From contig OZ253466.1 of the NCBI GenBank assembly GCA_965261605.1, positions 2,589,057 to 2,653,056 of the forward strand: DNA of 64,000 bases, read 5' to 3'. Shown piece after piece: positions 59,101 to 64,000 of this stretch (position 1 is its first letter; each line of letters opens with the position of its first letter). The translations under genes and the position numbers were made by a program. This DNA is from Dehalococcoidia bacterium (lineage in GTDB: Bacteria; Chloroflexota; Dehalococcoidia; Lucifugimonadales; UBA2985). The notes beneath the pieces are model-generated. The model was given only the letters and a program-made list of their open reading frames with translations. It searched no databases and was not told the DNA's origin.

Positions 59101-59381
59101 GTCACGATGACCTTCAGCCAGGAGGTAGATGCCCATAACAACCCGGGCATCCGTCTGCTGGTGGGGCCCAACGGCAGCCAGTGGGTCGAATCGCTCCGGG
59201 TCGCTCGCTACAAGAGCGGGTCCGGCGCCAACTCGATCGTGTTTTCCTACCAGGTCCAGGAGTCGGACAGCGATGCTGATGGAGTAACCCTTGACATAGA
59301 CCAGGCAGAGACTGGCTGGGGTCTTCATGACTTCCGGGGCGGGAAAATTTAGGGAATTATATACAATCCTACCCAAAACCC

Positions 59382-59410
59382 TTGACATCGCCCCGTCTTT
59401 CTAGTACAAT
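59382..59410 (+). promoter_or_regulatory. Sigma70-type transposase promoter
   Basis: TTGACA-N17-TACAAT; -10 overlaps an internal copy of the TIR motif TACAAT(T/C)CTACCCAA. Confidence 0.75.
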
Positions 59411-59431
59411 TCTACCCAACAGGAGGTAGAA

Positions 59432-60388
59432 ATGACGACTAAAGGTAAGGCGCCGGGCAAGCATTTCAGGACGGGGATGACCCTCGTACAGGCAGTCCAA
59501 GTATTCACCGACGAGGAGCAGGTTGAGCGGATGTTCATTGAGGCGCGCTGGCCGGCCGGCGTAGCCTGCCCCTTCTGTGGCTCGCTGAACGTCAAGGCGC
59601 GCCCTACCCGCAAGCCCGCGCCGTTCCGTTGTAACGACTGCCGCAAGGACTTTTCCGTCAAGACGGATACGGTCATGCAGGGTAGCAACTTGCCCCTGTC
59701 CAAGTGGGCGCTCGCCTCCTACCTTCTGTCCACCAGTTTGAAGGGTGTATCCAGCATGAAGCTGCACCGCGACCTGGGCATAACCCAAAAGTCCGCCTGG
59801 CACATGGCGCACCGCTTGCGGGAAGCATGGGCAACCCCGGGCGGGCTGTTCAACGGCCCCGTCGAGGTTGACGAGACCTACGTGGGAGGGAAGGAGCGCA
59901 ACAAGCACGCCAGCAAGAAGCTACGGGCGGGGCGGGGGCCAGTCGGCAAGACTGCCGTAGTTGGCGCACGGGACCGGGAGACGGGCAAGGTAGTTGCCCA
60001 GCCCATAGCTTCTACCGACAAGGCTACCCTTCAAGGCTTCGTGATTGAACACTCCGAGGCGGGCGCGGCCGTCTACACGGACAGCGCCAGCGCATACGAC
60101 TACCTGCCAGACCGGATACACCGCGCCGTCAGCCATTCAACGGGCGAGTACGTCCGGGGCGCTGTGGACACCAACGGGATTGAGTCGCTGTGGGCAATGC
60201 TCAAGCGGGGCATCAACGGCGTCTACCACCACGTTTCCGACAAGCACCTGCACCGCTACACGGCGGAGTTTTCGGGTAGGCACAACGCACGGCCGGCGGA
60301 TACTATCGACCAGGTGCGCGGGCTGATTCAGGGCATGGAGGGCAAGCGCCTCCGCTACCGAGACCTAACACAAGGTAAAAGCTCTTGA
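59432..60388 (+). CDS. IS1595 transposase
   Basis: CPFC..CNDC zinc ribbon; VEVDETYVGG, VYTD, TNGIESLWAMLKRG, HLHRY. Confidence 0.95.
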   Translation: MTTKGKAPGKHFRTGMTLVQAVQVFTDEEQVERMFIEARWPAGVACPFCGSLNVKARPTRKPAPFRCNDCRKDFSVKTDTVMQGSNLPLSKWALASYLLSTSLKGVSSMKLHRDLGITQKSAWHMAHRLREAWATPGGLFNGPVEVDETYVGGKERNKHASKKLRAGRGPVGKTAVVGARDRETGKVVAQPIASTDKATLQGFVIEHSEAGAAVYTDSASAYDYLPDRIHRAVSHSTGEYVRGAVDTNGIESLWAMLKRGINGVYHHVSDKHLHRYTAEFSGRHNARPADTIDQVRGLIQGMEGKRLRYRDLTQGKSS

Positions 60389-60434
60389 CCTACCATAGCG
60401 TAGGGTATAGGTTATGCGGTGAGGCGCGGGTTGC

Positions 60435-60680
60435 TTAGGAACCCTCCTCTTGTTTGTCCTCAATAAGCATGGTCACGAGTCGGTTCGTGCCTTCTACCAA
60501 GGACTTGATATCGGACAATTCTGCCTTAATGATAGTTACGTCCTTTTCATACGCAGACTTTGCGACCATGCTCTCGATGACTTGACCCAACAAATCCACG
60601 ACTTTGCCCAGTGTCTCGTTCATTGGGGTAAGTCGAGCCTCTAGCTCGCCTTTGGTAACGTAATCCTGTGTAGCCATCAT
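60435..60680 (-). CDS. Small coiled-coil passenger protein
   Basis: AAGGAG RBS; amphipathic helical 81-aa product. Confidence 0.65.
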   Translation of the reverse strand: MMATQDYVTKGELEARLTPMNETLGKVVDLLGQVIESMVAKSAYEKDVTIIKAELSDIKSLVEGTNRLVTMLIEDKQEEGS

Positions 60681-60820
60681 GTCTCCTTGTGGTGCAGGGC
60701 ATGTCAAGCGGCCAGGCCAACTACTCCTGCCATTTTCATTCTACACGCACGTTGACAGACCAACGGCAACAATGCAACCAACCTTGCTGGCTAGGCGTCG
60801 GTGTTGGCAGCACCGAGTAA

Positions 60821-60847
60821 GTGGGTTAGATTCCCGCCGCCCGCACC
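60821..60847 (+). other. tRNA-like 3' fragment (T-arm + acceptor strand)
   Basis: GTGGG-TTAGATT-CCCGC-CGCCCGC-A-CC; no canonical 5' half or anticodon arm recognisable. Confidence 0.5.
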
Positions 60848-60866
60848 CGCAGTATATAGAGTCGTG

Positions 60867-60983
60867 TCAATCCTTGCGAGGTTTGAACGGCTTCACCAGT
60901 GCCTTGATTATGTTCTCGAATGTGTCCGGGATACGCTCCGGCTCTGGCTTCGGCGGGCGTCCGCGCGGTTGTTTGTTCTCCAT
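60867..60983 (-). CDS. 38-aa small protein (not in ORF track)
   Basis: AGGAGG RBS; MENKQPRGRPPKPEPERIPDTFENIIKALVKPFKPRKD. Confidence 0.55.
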   Translation of the reverse strand: MENKQPRGRPPKPEPERIPDTFENIIKALVKPFKPRKD

Positions 60984-61064
60984 ACTCGTCCCTCCTATCA
61001 TGTCCATTGTACGCCGAATGCGCGCCTGTCTCAATGCCATGATGTGGCATTCTAGCAGACTCCG

Positions 61065-61093
61065 TTGCCAAATACTAGCGCAAGCGGTATAGT
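61065..61093 (+). promoter_or_regulatory. Sigma70-type promoter for passenger unit
   Basis: TTGCCA-N17-TATAGT. Confidence 0.7.
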
Positions 61094-61237
61094 TTAGGTG
61101 CTCTCCGCAACGAGTTTGGGTTACCTACATAGACGTATGGCAAGGAATGGGCCTCGTGCCCCTTGCGGTCTATGTTTGGGTGCCGGCAACTCGTTGCGGA
61201 GAAGCCTAATCCTTGCCACAAGGGGGCCTCCCATTCC
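61094..61237 (+). ncRNA. Putative structured RNA leader or sRNA (long hairpin)
   Basis: 15-bp perfect stem 61102-61116/61188-61202, inner stems 61127-61134/61168-61175 and 61140-61145/61161-61166. Confidence 0.55.
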
Positions 61238-61250
61238 AGACCCAACGAGG

Positions 61251-61895
61251 TTGAATACGTTGCTGGCAATCGTGGCTCTAATTCTTGTCCTGGCGTGCAC
61301 AGCATCCAACCCAGAGGACAATCCTTTGGCAATCAAGGAGGATGTCTTGTTGGAGGGCTACAAGGCCTGCTTGTCCGCGGGCGGCACGGAAGGCTATTGT
61401 CAGTGCCTAATAGACCGCCATAGGGAGAATATCCCGGAGGCTTGGTTTGTTGGCACGGAAGAGCTTAAAGCAGAGTGGGCAGATCGCGCAAGCGCGGCGT
61501 GTAATCCAATCCGCGCCACGCCAACCCCAACGCACGTGCCGTTTTCCGTTGAGGAATGGGACCCTTATAGTCCTATACCAGAGGGGCTATCGGATGAAGA
61601 TTTCAGCGCCGCGTACGAAAAGTGGGGCGTTGAATACGAACGATTAACCTTACCGTGGAGGCAAGCCTCCGATAGGGTTGTGATGGCCTGGAATAATGCC
61701 AACCCCAACGCCCTGTTGCCCGCGTGTCAACATTGGAATGACGTACAGCGTCAAATATGGACACCTGCATTGACCCGGCTAGCCGAGGCAGTCAATTACC
61801 CTAGTCAACCCCTGAGGATGGATTGTCGCAATATGGCACTGAGTATTTTTGTGCCCGGGGCTGATATGCACGATTTCATTTTTGACGCCCCCTAG
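61251..61895 (+). CDS. Passenger lipoprotein, Cys-rich
   Basis: Lipobox VLAC; C-x9-CxC motif; ends just inside the right TIR; start 61251 or 61260. Confidence 0.7.
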   Translation: MNTLLAIVALILVLACTASNPEDNPLAIKEDVLLEGYKACLSAGGTEGYCQCLIDRHRENIPEAWFVGTEELKAEWADRASAACNPIRATPTPTHVPFSVEEWDPYSPIPEGLSDEDFSAAYEKWGVEYERLTLPWRQASDRVVMAWNNANPNALLPACQHWNDVQRQIWTPALTRLAEAVNYPSQPLRMDCRNMALSIFVPGADMHDFIFDAP

Positions 61896-62920
61896 ACCCT
61901 ACGGGTAGGGTAGAATAGTATATAATTCCCAAAATTTACGCCAGCGGAACTACTACCACGGTTAGCGAACGGTTTCCGGTCGAAATGTATAGCGTTACCA
62001 GCTACAACGTGGAGGGAAGCAGTGTCAGCCCGGCGCCAGTCGCCGATGAGACCGCCCCCACCATCTCGTCCGTCGTCATCACCAGCGACCCCGGCGATGA
62101 CGACGCCTACGGCGTGGGCGACAGCGTAGATGTCACTGTGACCTTCAGCGAGGACGTGACCGTAACCGGCGTCCCGCAGCTGGAACTGGACTTTGACGGC
62201 ACAGCCAAGACCGCGGCCTACAGCAGCGCCAACGGCGCTGAGGTGGTATTCAGCTACACGGTGGCCCTCAGAGATTCCGGCAGCGAAGGCGTCGCCATCG
62301 GCGCCAACAAGCTGAGCTTGAACGGCGGCGCCATACAGGATGAGGCTGCCAACAACGCCACCCTGACCCACGCCGCGGTCGCCGCCGACTCCGGACACAA
62401 GGTGGAGGTGGACAATCCGCTCGCCAACGTGAACCCCGCCACTACGGACATCACCGCTCCCACCATCTCTTCCATCGCCGTGACGAGCGACCCCGGAAAT
62501 GACTATACCTATGGGGCCGGAGACATCATCAGGGTCACGGTGACATTCAGTGAGGACGTGGTGGTCACTGGAATCCCCCAGCTTGAGCTCGAGTTTTATG
62601 ACCCGGGCAGCGCCAACCAGCAGGCCAGCTTTGAGAGCGTTAACGGCGCGGAGATGGTCTTCGTCTATACAGTTGAGGCAAGTGACTCGGCCAGTGACGG
62701 CCTGAGCATTCAGGCCAACAAGCTGACGCTGAATGGCGGCGCCATCCAAGACTCAGCGGGCAATGACGCGGCGCTGACGCATAGCGCGTACGGTCCAGAC
62801 GCGGACCACTTTGTCAGTACCCACGGGGGCCTGTGATGCTGGGTTGATCCACAACTACGGGCCGGCGCTCGGCTCCCTCTGGAGCCGCGACGAGTCCAAC
62901 CGGCGCCGGCAAGTCCCATA

Positions 62921-62958
62921 GCCCGGCCCCCCTCGGCAACCGCCGAGGGGGGCCGGGC
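62921..62958. other. Perfect 17-bp GC-rich hairpin in intergenic region
   Basis: GCCCGGCCCCCCTCGGC-AACC-GCCGAGGGGGGCCGGGC; no U-tract. Confidence 0.7.
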
Positions 62959-62982
62959 CGGAAACCACTCAACGGAGGAACC

Positions 62983-64000
62983 ATGATGACTCACATCGAT
63001 AGACGACGATTCCCCATCCTGCTCGCCGCCATGACGACCCTTGCCCTGGCGGGCGCCGCGCTGGCCTTGCTCTTCTCCACGGTACAGGCGAAGGAGGGCT
63101 CGGCGCCGGCCAAGCCCACAGGGCTGACGGCGACGGCGTCGCACGACTCGGTGACGCTGACCTGGGACGACCCGCAGGACGACAGCATTACCGGCTACGT
63201 CATCCTGCGGCGCAACCGGAATACCAGCGCCGAAGGCCAGTTCAGCGAACTGGTGGCCGACACGGGCAGCGCCGCCACCGGCTACACCGACGACAGCGTG
63301 GCGGCCGGGACTCCCTACACCTACCGCATCAAGGCCATCAACGCGCACGGGTCGAGCGAGCGTTCGCGATGGTTCCACATCGACACCCTGGCGGCGCCGG
63401 AGCCAGAGCCCGACCCGGCGCTGCTGGCCCCCGCCAACCTCATCGCAGCGACCGCGGATGGACAGGTTTTCCTGAGTTGGGACGCCCCCCTGGAGGACGC
63501 TGGTTCGGTCACCGGGTATGAAATCCTGCGGGGCCAGGGAGAGGATGCCCCGACCGCCCTGGTGGCGGACACGGGGAATGCCGACACCACCTACACCGAC
63601 GACTCCGCCGATGAGGCCAGCACAGTCTACGCCTACCGGGTCAGGGCGCTGCGCGACGAGGATAAGAGCCAAGACTCCAACGAAGTCCGGGTGCACCTGG
63701 CGCCGGCGGCTCCGCTTTGGGTGCTGAGTGCGTTGTCCCACGACAGCGTGATGCTCACGTGGCCCGACCCGCAGGACGACACCGTCACGGGATATCGGAT
63801 ACTGCGCGCCGACATCGTAGGTCAGGTGCAGGGAGAGTTCGCCGTCCTCAACCAGGACACCGGCAGCACGGACACCACCCACACCGACGACACGGTGGAG
63901 CCTGAGCGCTCCTACGTGTACCGGGTGTTGGCCGTCAGTCCCCACGGGGTGAGCGCACCGTCCCACGACGCCCAGGCCCACACCCCGGCGGACCCGAACC
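62983..64000 (+). CDS. Secreted FnIII-repeat protein, runs off the window (not in ORF track)
   Basis: GGAGG RBS; MMTHIDRRRFPILLAA..VQA signal; three FnIII domains; open to the window end. Confidence 0.88.
   Translation, partial: MMTHIDRRRFPILLAAMTTLALAGAALALLFSTVQAKEGSAPAKPTGLTATASHDSVTLTWDDPQDDSITGYVILRRNRNTSAEGQFSELVADTGSAATGYTDDSVAAGTPYTYRIKAINAHGSSERSRWFHIDTLAAPEPEPDPALLAPANLIAATADGQVFLSWDAPLEDAGSVTGYEILRGQGEDAPTALVADTGNADTTYTDDSADEASTVYAYRVRALRDEDKSQDSNEVRVHLAPAAPLWVLSALSHDSVMLTWPDPQDDTVTGYRILRADIVGQVQGEFAVLNQDTGSTDTTHTDDTVEPERSYVYRVLAVSPHGVSAPSHDAQAHTPADPN

Larger units (their letters stand above)
59352..61930 (+). mobile_element. IS1595-family element with passenger genes
   Basis: TIRs GGGAATTATATACaATcCTACCC; 8-bp TSD AAAATTTA at 59344-59351 and 61931-61938. 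Confidence 0.95.
56260..62836 (+). pseudogene. Large secreted Calx-beta/Ig-like repeat protein interrupted by IS1595
   Basis: Removing the IS and one TSD restores ..GGKIYASGTTTTVSERFPVEMYS.. in frame with 61985..62836; ends GGL. Confidence 0.9.

Noticed and set aside
61127-61175. ACATAGAC..GTCTATGT matching the outer C-box palindrome
   Set aside because: Different spacing and part of a larger RNA stem; probably coincidence
1-64000. CRISPR array, rRNA or complete tRNA gene
   Set aside because: No regularly spaced repeat-spacer array; all short repeats are coding PT/domain repeats; only a partial tRNA-like end was seen

Overview
GC-rich, IS-riddled accessory region with no housekeeping genes. 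It is dominated by secreted and surface proteins: Pro/Thr-stalked lipoproteins, an RCC1-repeat protease, an LRR lipoprotein, FnIII/cadherin-like/Calx-beta modular proteins and one ~20-kb giant adhesin-like gene broken by three lesions. Also present are two signalling systems (a fused GAF-PAS-HK-REC-wHTH protein and a membrane HK + NarL/LuxR pair), remnants of an integrative conjugative element (P4-type integrase, VirD4/TraG-like fragment) and seven IS elements or remnants (IS5/IS427, IS630, 2x IS3, IS1182 with a nested IS5, and an IS1595 carrying passengers). The gene content resembles host-associated (e.g. sponge) Chloroflexota, which is inference only. Most notable observations: (1) a ~0.5-kb non-coding promoter/leader module repeated three times in front of the large secreted-protein loci, each copy carrying three imperfect TAGGCA-NN-TGCCTA boxes whose perfect version sits upstream of the NarL two-component operon; (2) duplicated lectin-like domains with hypervariable codons in a near-invariant frame; (3) a tandem cassette array of divergent LppX/LolA-like genes joined by a conserved ~105-bp junction; (4) an IS1595 carrying a promoter-driven structured RNA leader and a tRNA-like 3' fragment; (5) simple-sequence repeats inside the hybrid kinase. 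Several single-base homopolymer frameshifts could be sequencing errors.
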